Origin: Candidatus Firestoneibacteriota bacterium | GTDB lineage: Bacteria > Oederibacteriota > D2-FULL-39-29 > CAIOVX01 | Direction: 5' to 3' | Assembly: GCA_903915125.1 (NCBI GenBank) | Contig: CAIWRR010000065.1 | Span: forward strand, 1 to 59,381 | Length of the DNA: 59,381 bases | Shown: piece after piece, positions 8,097 to 17,889 of the stretch | How positions within the stretch are numbered: the stretch's first letter is position 1 | How the letters are laid out: each line of letters begins with the position of its first letter | Made by a program: the position numbers and the translations under genes | Notes under the pieces: generated by a model | The model's database searches: none | Told to the model about the DNA's origin: nothing | Seen by the model: the letters and a program-made list of their open reading frames with translations, nothing else

Positions 8097-9252
8097 TTGC
8101 TATCTCCTTTTCAGCGGCTGACCTGGCCCAGTCACCGGCAGAAAGTATCTCTGTCAGTTTTGGGTACAAAATAGTCTTATGGGCAGCCATAACTTTTTTT
8201 ATTATCCTTGGAATATCCATGAAACCGGCTGATTTCGATAGAAACGCGTCAACAGCCGTCTCGGCGGAGGACGCCAGCACCGCCGGCATGGTACCTCCCT
8301 TCACAAGCGCCGTGTAGGCAAAACCCAGGCATTCGAACCTGGCAGTATCTGGTCTCGTAAAAGTAAGCGGACCGCACGCCGTGAGGTTCAGCCGGGGAAG
8401 ATTGTTATTTATCCTCTCAGGCCAGCTCAACGCGTACTGTATTGGAAGCTTCATATCTGTGATACCGAGCTGAGCCATCACCGAACCGTCAGAGAACTCA
8501 ACCAGCGAATGGACAATGGATTGGGGATGCACCATTACGTCTATTTTCTCCGGTGGCATGCTGAAAAGATGATGCGCCTCTATTACCTCAAACCCTTTGT
8601 TCATTAGGGTCGCCGAGTCCACCGTTACTTTGTTTCCCATTTCCCATGTTGGATGCGCCAGGGCGTCCTCAACCGTCACCTTCTCAAGCTCCTTTTTTGA
8701 AAGGTCCTTGAAAGGCCCGCCGGAGGCCGTGAGTATCAATTTCCTCACGCTTGCCGGCGATTCGCCGTTCAGGCACTGAAATATAGCCGAGTGCTCGCTG
8801 TCAACCGGGAGTATTTTCACTCCCTTTGCGCGGGCAAGCTTCATTACGTAATCACCCGCCGTTACAATGGATTCCTTGTTTGCCAAAGCGACATGCTTCC
8901 CTCTCTTAATAGATTCCAGAACAGGCACCAGTCCCGCCGAACCCACAACAGCAACAAGCACCAACTCCGCCTGAGTTTCGCGGACAAGTTTTATCATTCC
9001 CGTCGTACCTGCGTAAACTTTCGGCCTGTACTTTCCTTTGAATGAGGACGCGAGGAGTCCTGCGTTCACTTCGTCTTTAATGCAAAGGAGAGACGGTTTG
9101 AATTTCAAGGCCTGCTCTTTCAAGAGCGCGGCGTTCCCCCAGGCGGAAAGAGCTACCACCTCAAAACGCGCGGGAAACGCGGCAGCCACCTTCAGGGCGT
9201 TAACGCCGATGGAACCGGTTGAGCCCAGTATTGCTATCTTTTTTCTTGTCAT
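8086..9252 (-). CDS. dxr: 1-deoxy-D-xylulose 5-phosphate reductoisomerase
   Basis: ILGSTGSIG, LANKES, PVDSEHSA and HPTWEMG motifs. Confidence 0.9.
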   Translation of the reverse strand: MTRKKIAILGSTGSIGVNALKVAAAFPARFEVVALSAWGNAALLKEQALKFKPSLLCIKDEVNAGLLASSFKGKYRPKVYAGTTGMIKLVRETQAELVLVAVVGSAGLVPVLESIKRGKHVALANKESIVTAGDYVMKLARAKGVKILPVDSEHSAIFQCLNGESPASVRKLILTASGGPFKDLSKKELEKVTVEDALAHPTWEMGNKVTVDSATLMNKGFEVIEAHHLFSMPPEKIDVMVHPQSIVHSLVEFSDGSVMAQLGITDMKLPIQYALSWPERINNNLPRLNLTACGPLTFTRPDTARFECLGFAYTALVKGGTMPAVLASSAETAVDAFLSKSAGFMDIPRIIKKVMAAHKTILYPKLTEILSAGDWARSAAEKEIANDR

Positions 9253-10064
9253 AGGAAATATTTCATGAGCAGGATGAAGACCGGCGCGGCCAGCAGGAAA
9301 GAATCAAGCTTGTCCAGCAGCCCCCCGTGCCCGGGAATTATGTTTGAAGAATCTTTTACTCCGGAAAACCTCTTAATAAGCGACTCCGTAAGATCCCCCG
9401 TCTGAGCGCTCAGGCCCAGGATTACGGCAAAGAGCACCGCCTTGCCCGCGTCCAGTTCAATGAACCTGCCGCCCGTAGCCAGCTTAAAAACCAGGGCCGC
9501 CGCGGCGACCACGGCCAACCCGCCCAAAAGGCCTTCGATTGATTTTTTTGGACTGACCGGCTTAAGCAGTTTATGTCTTCCGATTGCAGTGCCTATGAAA
9601 TAGGCCGCGCTGTCATAGATCCAGACTACACCGAAGAGGAAAAGCGAGTAGGAAGGCCCAAAGTGTATTACCTGAAGCAGCTGAACGCCAAGCACTATGA
9701 TGTAAAAACCTCCCAGCACCGTGAAAGCCATTGAGAGCATCCCGTTTTTTATGTCCTTGTTGAATATAGGCGGGACCAGAACCAGCGCGGCGTAAAGTAT
9801 CATCAGCGCGAAAACCTCGGTGATGTCAAACGCCGGAGGAGTTTTTTTTAGGAATTCGTATACGCAGATGGCGAGGAAAAGCAGGTTAGTCCAAAGCATT
9901 GTTTTAATACCTGTTTTTTTCAGCATAAGATGGTACTCTATCAGCGCCCCCGCGAGAGCGCCTATTATTACGAGGTCATAAACTACGGGGTTCTTAAAAA
10001 CAGAGAATAGGAATACGGGAAGGAATACCAGGAACACCGCTATACGGACAAACCTTTCCATCAT
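9249..10064 (-). CDS. cdsA: Phosphatidate cytidylyltransferase
   Basis: Polytopic protein with the C-terminal signature SLIKRFSGVKDSSNIIPGHGGLLDKLDS. Confidence 0.85.
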   Translation of the reverse strand: MMERFVRIAVFLVFLPVFLFSVFKNPVVYDLVIIGALAGALIEYHLMLKKTGIKTMLWTNLLFLAICVYEFLKKTPPAFDITEVFALMILYAALVLVPPIFNKDIKNGMLSMAFTVLGGFYIIVLGVQLLQVIHFGPSYSLFLFGVVWIYDSAAYFIGTAIGRHKLLKPVSPKKSIEGLLGGLAVVAAAALVFKLATGGRFIELDAGKAVLFAVILGLSAQTGDLTESLIKRFSGVKDSSNIIPGHGGLLDKLDSFLLAAPVFILLMKYFL

Positions 10065-10747
10065 ATCCCCCCGAAACGCCGTTCGCGTTTCCTGTAGGCT
10101 TCAAGCGCTTCGTGCAGGCTGGCGGCCGTGAAATCAGGCCAGAGAGTCTGCGTGACATAAAACTCAGAATAAGCTATCTGCCAGAGCAGAAAATTCGAAA
10201 CCCTCATCTCCCCGCTGGTCCGGATGAGCAAATCCGGGTCCGGAATGCCTCCCGTGTAAAGATAATCGGAAATCAGGTCTTCATTTACGGCAGCCGCCGC
10301 AGACTCGGGAGTAATACCCGTTCCTGAAGAGAGTACATCCGAGACAATCCGCCGCACAGCGTCGACAATCTCTATCCTGCCGCCGTAATTCAAAGCGAGA
10401 CTGAGGACCATTCCATTATTGCCGGAGGTTTCCTGCATTGCCTTCACGAGCTCTTTTTGCACAAAAGCCGGTAATTCCTTATACCGGCCTATCACATTGA
10501 ACCTGATGTTGTTTTTCATCATGGTCCTCTTTTCCTTAAGCAAAAATATTTTGAGGAGCCTCATGAGGAAACTGACTTCTTTCTCCGGCCTGGACCAGTT
10601 CTCTGAAGAAAAGGCGTAGAGCGTAAGATACTTCACGCCGATACGCCTGCATTCGGTAACAATATCTTTAACTACATTTACGCCGCGCCTGTGGCCTTCC
10701 ATTCTCGGCAAACCGCGGTTTACGGCCCAACGGCCGTTGCCGTCCAT
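10061..10747 (-). CDS. uppS: Isoprenyl transferase (undecaprenyl diphosphate synthase)
   Basis: MDGNGRWA and RTSGEMRVSNFLLWQ motifs. The true start is probably upstream of the ATG (see finding). Confidence 0.85.
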   Translation of the reverse strand: MDGNGRWAVNRGLPRMEGHRRGVNVVKDIVTECRRIGVKYLTLYAFSSENWSRPEKEVSFLMRLLKIFLLKEKRTMMKNNIRFNVIGRYKELPAFVQKELVKAMQETSGNNGMVLSLALNYGGRIEIVDAVRRIVSDVLSSGTGITPESAAAAVNEDLISDYLYTGGIPDPDLLIRTSGEMRVSNFLLWQIAYSEFYVTQTLWPDFTAASLHEALEAYRKRERRFGGI

Positions 10748-10796
10748 TATTATCGCTATGTGGGCCGGGATCTTAGGTTTGATTTTCGGACCTGCC

Positions 10797-11348
10797 TTAA
10801 ACTTCCATTATTTCCTTTTCTTTATTCACAAGGAACTTATCGACATCGGCAATATATCTGTCCAGCATCTTCTGCACCGCGTCCTTGTTCCTCTTGCAGT
10901 CATCTTCCGACATCTCCGCGGCTTTCTTTGCCTTGTCCAGCTCGTCATTGCTGTCGCGCCTTATGTTTCTAAGCGCCACCTTGCCTTCCTCGCCGAGTTT
11001 TCTGGCGTACTTGGAAAGTTCTTTCCTTCTCTCTTCCGTAAGCGAGGGCACATTAATGCGGATGAGTTTTCCGTCGTTCACCGGGGTTAGCCCCAGGTCG
11101 GATTTCATAATTGCTTTTTCTATGTTTTGAAGAGCAGAATGGTCAAACGCTTTTATCTCTATGGTCCTTGCCTGTACCGAAACATTTGCCACCTGCTTGA
11201 GAGGCACATCCGCCCCGAAATATTCAACTTTTATGCTGTCAAAAATTGCGGTTGACGCGCGCCCGGTACGTATGGTCGCCAGCTCTACGCTGACATGCTC
11301 CGAGGCTTTTTTCATTTTATCTTCTGTGACTTTTATGTTGAAAGGCAT
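10797..11348 (-). CDS. frr: Ribosome recycling factor
   Basis: Typical Frr sequence of 183 aa, in the conserved position between pyrH and uppS. Confidence 0.9.
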   Translation of the reverse strand: MPFNIKVTEDKMKKASEHVSVELATIRTGRASTAIFDSIKVEYFGADVPLKQVANVSVQARTIEIKAFDHSALQNIEKAIMKSDLGLTPVNDGKLIRINVPSLTEERRKELSKYARKLGEEGKVALRNIRRDSNDELDKAKKAAEMSEDDCKRNKDAVQKMLDRYIADVDKFLVNKEKEIMEV

Positions 11349-11378
11349 ATTGTCCCTCCTTAATTCAGTTGATTCGTT

Positions 11379-12092
11379 TTATGAAACAATTGTTCCGATT
11401 TTTTCTCCTGAAATCGCCCTTGAAAAACTGCCGGATGCTCCGGAATCGAATACGATTATGGGGATGTTGTTTTCCATGCAGAGTGTGACGGCAGTAGCGT
11501 CCATGACTTTAAGTTTGTTCTTTATTACATCCATGTAGCTTATTTCGTTGTATTTCTTGGCGGCTTTGTCTTTCTTGGGGTCGGAAGTGAAGATGCCGTC
11601 AACCTTGGTGGCTTTGAGCAGGACATCTGCTCCTATTTCTATTGCCCGCAGCGCCGCCGCGGTATCGGTCGTAAAGTAAGGGTTCCCGGTGCCGGCCGCG
11701 AAAATAACCAGCCTGCCCTTTTCCATGTGCCTTATCGCTCTTCTTCTGATGTAGGGTTCGGCGACTTTTTCAATTTCCAGGGCGGTCAGCACCCTGGTGA
11801 AAACCCCCTGCTTTTCCAGCGCGTCCTGGAGCGCGAGCGCGTTGATTACCGTGGCCAGCATGCCCATGTAGTCCGCCGAGACCCTGTCCATACTCTTGGC
11901 GTAGGCTCCGCGGAATATATTGCCTCCGCCGATTACAACCGCAAGCTCTATATGCATCTGCTCTTTGGTTCTTTTTATTTCAGTCGCAAGCTCCTTGAGA
12001 ATGGTCGGGTTGAGTCCCTGCTGGGCCTCGCCCGACAGAGCTTCACCGCTGATTTTAAGGAGCACTCTTTTATATTTAGCCTTGCGCATCAT
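11379..12092 (-). CDS. pyrH: UMP kinase
   Basis: [12 protein letters not shown] and [15 protein letters not shown] motifs. Confidence 0.9.
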   Translation of the reverse strand: MMRKAKYKRVLLKISGEALSGEAQQGLNPTILKELATEIKRTKEQMHIELAVVIGGGNIFRGAYAKSMDRVSADYMGMLATVINALALQDALEKQGVFTRVLTALEIEKVAEPYIRRRAIRHMEKGRLVIFAAGTGNPYFTTDTAAALRAIEIGADVLLKATKVDGIFTSDPKKDKAAKKYNEISYMDVIKNKLKVMDATAVTLCMENNIPIIVFDSGASGSFSRAISGEKIGTIVS

Positions 12093-12160
12093 ACCCTCCG
12101 GAGACCTGGCGTTTTCGCTCTCGGATACAAAAACCGCGGGCTTTTGGCCCGCGGCTCTGA

Positions 12161-12754
12161 TTATTTCTCTCCGACCTTGAACCTGGAGAATCTCTTGATC
12201 ACGATATTCTCCCCGGTCTTGGCTATTTTAGCCGTGACCAGGTCTTTTATGCACTGCTTGTCGTCTTTAATAAACGCCTGCTCGACAAGGCATACATCTT
12301 TGTAGAATTTCTCTACTTTGCCGTCCACAATCTTCTCGGCAATCTTTTCCGGCTTGCCTGATTTTATGGCCTCTTCTTTAAAAATAGAGCGCTCCTTTTC
12401 CAGCACCTCGGGAGCAATATCTTCGCGCTTCACATAAAGCGGATTCATCGCGCAAATCTGCATCGCTATATCCTTGCAGAGTTCTTTAAAATCTTCGGTC
12501 CTGGCAACAAAATCGGTCTCGCAATTAACTTCCACCATCGCGCCTACCGTGCCTTCCATGTGAATGTAGGAGTAAACAAGTCCTGAAGCCGCGACCCTTA
12601 CCGATTTTTTCTGGGCAGTAGCCAGCCCTTTCTTCCTTAAAAATTCAACGGCCTTTTCAAGATCGCCCTTCGAATCGTCAAGAGCCTCTTTGCAGGCCAG
12701 CATGCCCGCGCCGGTTTTTTCCCTGAGTTCCTGGATCTCTTTCGTGCTTGCCAT
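12161..12754 (-). CDS. tsf: Translation elongation factor Ts (short form)
   Basis: [17 protein letters not shown] motif, 197 aa, downstream of rpsB. Confidence 0.9.
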   Translation of the reverse strand: MASTKEIQELREKTGAGMLACKEALDDSKGDLEKAVEFLRKKGLATAQKKSVRVAASGLVYSYIHMEGTVGAMVEVNCETDFVARTEDFKELCKDIAMQICAMNPLYVKREDIAPEVLEKERSIFKEEAIKSGKPEKIAEKIVDGKVEKFYKDVCLVEQAFIKDDKQCIKDLVTAKIAKTGENIVIKRFSRFKVGEK

Positions 12755-13599
12755 TATTCTACGCCCCCCTTGCCCGGTTTCTTCTTAAGGCCCGTCTTAT
12801 CCTCTTGGAATTTTTCTATTACAGTCTCCATCTCTTCGTCTATATCAGCGGGAAGTTCTTTCGCCTCTGCGGCCGCGTCAGCCGCGGCTTTCTCGGCCAG
12901 GAGCGCTTCTTCCGCCACGCCTCTCTTGCCTTCAAGAACAGATTCAGAGATGAGGTAGGTAACAAGTTTTATGGCGCGGATGGCGTCATCATTGCCCGGA
13001 ATAACATAATCAACTTCATCCGGGTCGGAATTAGTGTCTGCAATGCCGATTACGGGTATCTCAAGCCTCTTTGACTCAAGTATTGCCGTGTGTTCTTTCT
13101 TGGTGTCCACCACATAGACCGCGGCAGGCAGCCTGTCCATGTTGCGAATGCCGCCGAGCACCTTGGAAAGTTTCGCCATCTCTTTCTCAAAACCAAGCAC
13201 TTCTTTCTTGGTGAATTTGGAGAAAGTGTCGTTCGCTTTCATCTTCTCAAGGTCTTCAAGCCTCTTGATGCTCTTCTTGATGGTTTTGAAATTTGTGAGC
13301 ATGCCGCCGAGCCACCTGAAAGAGACATAAAACATCCCCGCTCTTTTGGCTTCCTCGGTGATAATATCCTGCGCCTGGCTCTTAGTTCCGACGAAAAGGA
13401 CATAGCCGCCTTTTGCCGCCGCGTCCTTCACGAAATCGCAGGCTTCCTTGAGCTTCTTTACGGTTTTCTGGAGGTCGATAATATATATACCGTTCCTCTT
13501 GCCGTAAATGAATTTTGCCATCTTGGGGTTCCAGCGTTTGGTCTGGTGACCGAAGTGAACACCAGCTTCGAGCAACTGCTTGATTGAAATGACCGGCAT
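12754..13599 (-). CDS. rpsB: 30S ribosomal protein S2
   Basis: [19 protein letters not shown] motif, with an acidic/Ala-rich C-terminal tail. Confidence 0.9.
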   Translation of the reverse strand: MPVISIKQLLEAGVHFGHQTKRWNPKMAKFIYGKRNGIYIIDLQKTVKKLKEACDFVKDAAAKGGYVLFVGTKSQAQDIITEEAKRAGMFYVSFRWLGGMLTNFKTIKKSIKRLEDLEKMKANDTFSKFTKKEVLGFEKEMAKLSKVLGGIRNMDRLPAAVYVVDTKKEHTAILESKRLEIPVIGIADTNSDPDEVDYVIPGNDDAIRAIKLVTYLISESVLEGKRGVAEEALLAEKAAADAAAEAKELPADIDEEMETVIEKFQEDKTGLKKKPGKGGVE

Positions 13600-13753
13600 A
13601 CAAAAACCTCCTTAAGGTTTTTACCTCCGCTCTTTCGGCCCGCATTCCCGGGCGCCGGTTGGCTCCGCGGGACCTGTGCGTGCGTTTATGAAGAGCGTGT
13701 GAATTCCCGGTCGAATTACCGGGTCTGCGCCTTGGCGGCGCGTTTGTTTATTA

Positions 13754-13782
13754 ATCATATAGGAATTTGAAGCAAATTTCAA
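13754..13782 (-). promoter_or_regulatory. Sigma70-like promoter ahead of a ~150-nt GC-rich rpsB leader
   Basis: Minus strand reads TTGAAA, 17 nt, TATGAT. The leader (13600-13747) contains hairpins GCGCC-GCCAA-GGCGC and CCCGGT-AATTCG-ACCGGG. Confidence 0.4.
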
Positions 13783-13840
13783 GATATTTGTGAAGAATGG
13801 ATGGAAAAACCGCGGAATTTGTCGTGTATTTATGCGCTTT

Positions 13841-15058
13841 TCAGGATAATTTCCACTTTTTGAACTCCCGCACAACGCGGTTGACCAGTTTGAATGTCTC
13901 GAATTGCCGCAACTGCGAGGTATCCGCTTCATAGCCGCCGTTTACAAAAGCGTTCGCGTGAGGCATATAGCTAAGGTATCCTGTTGAATTATAAAGTATA
14001 TAGGTTTTTTTAAACGGTGAATTCCATTTTATCTCAAGGCCCGGCTCCGCCAGCAGTTCTCCCGGAACACCCGCAAAGCAAACATCGCCTATTCTAAGAA
14101 AAACGACTTCCCCGGCCTCGGTTTTCCTGTTTTCAAAGAGCGGCATAAGATGCTTCTTTTTCTCCGTATTGACTGCAAGCGGCACTTTTATAACCCTGGT
14201 TTCCACCTCAGGGTTCTTTATCCTGCAAGCTTCCGTCTTAAGCACCCGCGAAAGACTTCCGGAAACTTTCAAACCAAGACGGCGCCCCAGATTCTCCATT
14301 TTCCTGAATCCCCCTTCATAATCATACGGATGCAGGTCGCCGCAGGCGCCGGTCGTAAAAACGCAGAAACCTCCCAGCTTTTTCTCCACGGTTTTCCGAA
14401 GCGCTCCGGGGTAATCAGAGGTGATTTTCAAGGACTTGCCTCCGCGTCTCTGCGACGCGAGCGGATGGGCGGAATAATTGATTATGCTTGCCAGGTTTTT
14501 CCCGGTCCTTCTGCTCATAAAGAAGAGCATCCCGAGTTCAGGGTCTGTCACTCCGTCGGCGACGGGCTTTAAATGTTTTTCGTCCGGCAGGTAGGCGAAC
14601 CTGTTGCCGGGAAGCAAAACCCTCCGGTTTATGTTCTCAGAGACATTTACCGAATGGCGGTAGACCTCCACCGGTTCCATGCCGGAAAATACGCCTTCTA
14701 ACGCTTCCAGCGTCCTGCCGATAAGCCATTTAGAGTACTTTACATCCCTTAAAGTTTTTTTGGAACCTGAGCGCGAGTGCGGCCCGGAATGAGTATGAGT
14801 GCACGCAACGATAATTGAGGTTGCTTTCAGCGACAGCAGTTTCGCGGCCCGGGTCCGAAGTTCAAGGATAAGAGGCCTATCCATACCTATAAGGTCATAA
14901 CTGAGCAACAGGGCCTTCGTTCTGCCGTCATTGAAAGCTATGCCGGAAAGCAGCAGGTCATCATGCACGCCGTTTGAAATATTGTCCGGCCCGTAACCGG
15001 CGAGCCTTGCTCCAACCGCCGGAGTTATTATGCTCCTAAAAGTTTTGATCTTAAGCAC
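13841..15058 (-). CDS. Hypothetical hydrolase resembling the neutral/alkaline ceramidase N-terminal domain
   Basis: N-terminus ITPAVGARLAGYGP...GVHDDLLLSGIAFNDG...LLSYDLIGMD and ACTHTHSGPH resemble that family. No signal peptide is seen. Confidence 0.4.
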   Translation of the reverse strand: MLKIKTFRSIITPAVGARLAGYGPDNISNGVHDDLLLSGIAFNDGRTKALLLSYDLIGMDRPLILELRTRAAKLLSLKATSIIVACTHTHSGPHSRSGSKKTLRDVKYSKWLIGRTLEALEGVFSGMEPVEVYRHSVNVSENINRRVLLPGNRFAYLPDEKHLKPVADGVTDPELGMLFFMSRRTGKNLASIINYSAHPLASQRRGGKSLKITSDYPGALRKTVEKKLGGFCVFTTGACGDLHPYDYEGGFRKMENLGRRLGLKVSGSLSRVLKTEACRIKNPEVETRVIKVPLAVNTEKKKHLMPLFENRKTEAGEVVFLRIGDVCFAGVPGELLAEPGLEIKWNSPFKKTYILYNSTGYLSYMPHANAFVNGGYEADTSQLRQFETFKLVNRVVREFKKWKLS

Positions 15059-15996
15059 TATTTTCTCCTTCTTAAGACAGCGCTTGCGGCTCTCGCGATA
15101 TCAACATCTTTCAGCCCGTACTTTGCCAGCAGTTCTTCCGGCTCGCCGGACTCCCCAAAAGAATCGTTAACCGCGACAAATTCCACAGGAACCGGGAATG
15201 AAGCTGAAAGCACTTCCGCGACAGCAGCCCCCAGCCCCCCGGCTCTCTGGTGCTCTTCAGCAGTGACTATGGCTCCGTACTTTTTTGCCGCGCTTATAAC
15301 CGCTTCTCTATCCAGCGGTTTTATCGTTGACATATTGATTACCGCCGCATTGACTCCAGACCTTTCAAGCAGCGCGGCCGCGCGCAGGGCTTCCGGAACC
15401 ATTATTCCGCAGGCAATTATCGCCAGGTCTTTACCCTCCCTGAGCGTCAAGGCTTTCCCGACGGAAAAAGGCGTCGCCTCTGTTGTAACGACTTCCGAGG
15501 CAGTCCGTGCCGTCCTGATATATACCGGGCCGGGGTGCGCCGCGGCGGCGCGGACGGCTTTCTTTACTTCAACGGCGTCTGCCGGGCAGATGACCGTCAT
15601 GTTCGGCAGCGCTCTCATTATTGCGATATCTTCCAGGCACTGAGCCGTTGCCCCGTCGGAACCCGCGGAGATACCGGCATGCGAACCCGCCAGTTTTACG
15701 TTGGCTTTGTTGTAGCAGACGGTTATCCTTATCTGGTCGTAAGCCCGGTTCGTCAAGAAAACCGCGAAGGAACACGCGAAAGGTATAAAACCCTCCCTGC
15801 CCATTCCCGCGGCGGTTCCTATCATATCCTGCTCGGAGATTCCCATATTGAAGAACCTTGCCGGGAATTCTTTCTTGAAGGCGGCAGCCTTAGTAGAATC
15901 CTCCAGGTCTCCCGAAAGGACCACCACACGGGGATTTTGTTTTCCGAGTTCCGTCAGCGCTTCCCCGAATCCGTCCCTGATTGCTTTCATTTCCAT
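15058..15996 (-). CDS. Transketolase, C-terminal (pyrimidine-binding) subunit
   Basis: FFNMGISEQDMIGTAAGM motif, 312 aa, overlaps the N-terminal subunit gene. Confidence 0.85.
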   Translation of the reverse strand: MEMKAIRDGFGEALTELGKQNPRVVVLSGDLEDSTKAAAFKKEFPARFFNMGISEQDMIGTAAGMGREGFIPFACSFAVFLTNRAYDQIRITVCYNKANVKLAGSHAGISAGSDGATAQCLEDIAIMRALPNMTVICPADAVEVKKAVRAAAAHPGPVYIRTARTASEVVTTEATPFSVGKALTLREGKDLAIIACGIMVPEALRAAALLERSGVNAAVINMSTIKPLDREAVISAAKKYGAIVTAEEHQRAGGLGAAVAEVLSASFPVPVEFVAVNDSFGESGEPEELLAKYGLKDVDIARAASAVLRRRK

Positions 15997-16817
15997 TTTG
16001 CAAGCTCCGAGAGCGCGGCGGCAAGTTCAGCGTCGTCAGGCGCCTTCCCGTGCCAGCGCGGGTTCAGTTCCATGAACGAGACCCCTTTCCCCTTTATGGT
16101 GTCCGCCTTTATGAAATACGGCCTGCCCGGCTCTTTGCCGAACCCGTCCAGGGCCCGCAATATCTGCGCCATATCATGGCCGTCTATTTCTTCAACCTTC
16201 CAGCCAAACTGCTTTAACTTTCCCGCCGCCGGCTCTATATTCTTTATCTCCGCGACAAGGCCGTTCTGCTGAACCTTGTTGGCGTCAAGAATTACGCAAA
16301 GGTTGTCCAGTTTATGGTGCGCCGAGGTAAGAAAGGCCTCCCAGACCTGCCCCTCCTGCATCTCGCCGTCTCCCAGCATGCAGTAAATCCCGTGTTGCTC
16401 ACCCTTCAGTTTCGCGGCCAGCGCCATGCCGTTAGCGAAGGAAAGCCCCTGTCCCAGGCTGCCCGTGGAAAGTTCAACGCCCGGAACTCCCGTGTGGACA
16501 TGCCCCTGCAGAAGCGCCCCCAGCTTCCTGAACCTGTCCAGTTCAGCAGCCGGGAAGAAGCCCCTTCCGGCCAAGACGGCGTACAGGGCCGGGCTTGCAT
16601 GCCCCTTTGACATAATGAACCTGTCGCGGCCGGGGTTATCAGGCGCTTCCGGAAAAACCCGAAGTTTCGAGAAATACAGAGCCGTAAGCAGGTCAATACA
16701 GGACAACGAGCCGCCGGGATGCCCGGCGCCGGCTTTGTTAATCATTTTAAGTATTTCCGCGCGGAACCCGCCGGCCTTTAGCTCAAGCCCTTTTATGAAA
16801 CCTGTTTTTTCGGTCAT
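15987..16817 (-). CDS. Transketolase, N-terminal (TPP-binding) subunit
   Basis: GAGHPGGSLS and MLGDGEMQEGQVWE motifs. Start moved to MTEKTGF (ATG at 16817), because the 55-aa ORF extension runs through the divergent promoter region. Confidence 0.8.
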   Translation of the reverse strand: MTEKTGFIKGLELKAGGFRAEILKMINKAGAGHPGGSLSCIDLLTALYFSKLRVFPEAPDNPGRDRFIMSKGHASPALYAVLAGRGFFPAAELDRFRKLGALLQGHVHTGVPGVELSTGSLGQGLSFANGMALAAKLKGEQHGIYCMLGDGEMQEGQVWEAFLTSAHHKLDNLCVILDANKVQQNGLVAEIKNIEPAAGKLKQFGWKVEEIDGHDMAQILRALDGFGKEPGRPYFIKADTIKGKGVSFMELNPRWHGKAPDDAELAAALSELAKWK

Positions 16818-16887
16818 ACCGTTGTTATTATACAACAGTTTCGGCAGCTTCAAACAGCGGTTTTTCAGCGGACTTCCCGAAAATAAG

Positions 16888-16916
16888 TTGACAAATCCCG
16901 CGCCCGGCAATAAAAT
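16888..16916 (+). promoter_or_regulatory. Sigma70-like promoter for the GGDEF gene
   Basis: TTGACA (16888-16893), 17 nt, TAAAAT (16911-16916), then GGAGG and the ATG at 16941. Confidence 0.55.
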
Positions 16917-16940
16917 TGTTGCAAGATTTGGAGGCTGCCA

Positions 16941-17870
16941 ATGGAAAATAACTCCCCAGAAACGCCTTTCGATGAACTGCAAAAGCCGGGCGCCGACTTT
17001 CCTCAGTCTTCGGCTGTCAGGAACCAGCTTGTCGACTATCTTTCCGGCAAGTCACAGGTTTTCTCTTTTCTGGCAGGCCTTCTCACCCTGGCCGCGGTGT
17101 GCTTCCTTGATTACATAACCGGCAACGAACTTTTCATGGAGCTTCTCTACCTGGTCCCGATAATCCTCACCTCGTGGCTTTTGAACAGGAGGCTTGCTCT
17201 GGTTTTTCCCGTACTCTGCGGGCTCTCCCTGATTGCAATAGATCTTCTTAACGGCCATGTTTATTCAAATCCCCTGGTGCTTGTTTGGAACGGCGCCACT
17301 GTTTTAACCGTGTTCAGTATAGTTACCCTCGTCTTTCAGGCGCTCAAGCACGCGTATCTCGAAGAAAGAAGGCTCGCGCGCTACGACATTATGACCGGAA
17401 TCCCGAACAGGAAGATGTTTTACGAAGAACTGGACAAGGAAGCGTACAGGACGGGAAGGTACGGCAGGCCGTTCACCGTCGCCTACGTTGATATGGATAA
17501 TTTCAAGCAGATTAACGACACTCTCGGGCACGACAGCGGCGACGAACTCCTCCGGTTTGTCGCGAACCTGATTAAACGGAACCTCCGCACTTCGGACCTC
17601 GTGGCAAGGATGGGCGGGGATGAATTCATACTCCTGCTCCCGGAAACAAACCAGGAACGCGCGAAGGCGGCGGTCGCGAAACTTACGAGGAAGATAAACG
17701 CGTCCATAAACAAGGAAATCTGGCCTGTCTCTTTCAGTATCGGCGTATTGAGCTGCGAGTCCGGGACCTGCAACGCGAGGGAAATGATAAAAAAAGCGGA
17801 CGAACTTATGTACGAAGTTAAGAGAGGCGGCAAGAACGGAGCAAAGTTCGGCAAATTCGGAAAATATTAA
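16941..17870 (+). CDS. Membrane-anchored diguanylate cyclase (GGDEF domain)
   Basis: About 4 N-terminal TM segments, then RYDIMTGIPNRKMF and RMGGDEFILLL. Confidence 0.85.
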   Translation: MENNSPETPFDELQKPGADFPQSSAVRNQLVDYLSGKSQVFSFLAGLLTLAAVCFLDYITGNELFMELLYLVPIILTSWLLNRRLALVFPVLCGLSLIAIDLLNGHVYSNPLVLVWNGATVLTVFSIVTLVFQALKHAYLEERRLARYDIMTGIPNRKMFYEELDKEAYRTGRYGRPFTVAYVDMDNFKQINDTLGHDSGDELLRFVANLIKRNLRTSDLVARMGGDEFILLLPETNQERAKAAVAKLTRKINASINKEIWPVSFSIGVLSCESGTCNAREMIKKADELMYEVKRGGKNGAKFGKFGKY

Positions 17871-17887
17871 ACCGCCGCTTCGGCGGT
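17871..17887. terminator. Shared hairpin between the convergent GGDEF and ABC-F genes
   Basis: ACCGCCG-CTT-CGGCGGT. A T-rich run follows on the minus strand only. Confidence 0.45.
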
Positions 17888-17889
17888 GT

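Noticed and set aside
15535-16272. Long antisense ORFs opposite well-supported genes (also 19054-19899, 20320-20871, 27823-28545, 31292-32005, 33152-33868, 40452-41327, 55152-55853)
   Set aside because: Each lies entirely within a minus-strand gene that has clear family motifs. The products are Arg/Ser/Pro-rich with no motifs and no RBS, which is typical of shadow ORFs.
15058-16817. Transketolase split into two ORFs, which might be a frameshifted pseudogene
   Set aside because: The two halves correspond to the natural TPP-binding and pyrimidine-binding/C-terminal subunits. Both are intact, and the upstream subunit's stop lies 10 nt inside the downstream subunit's ORF. This split form is common in anaerobes and archaea.
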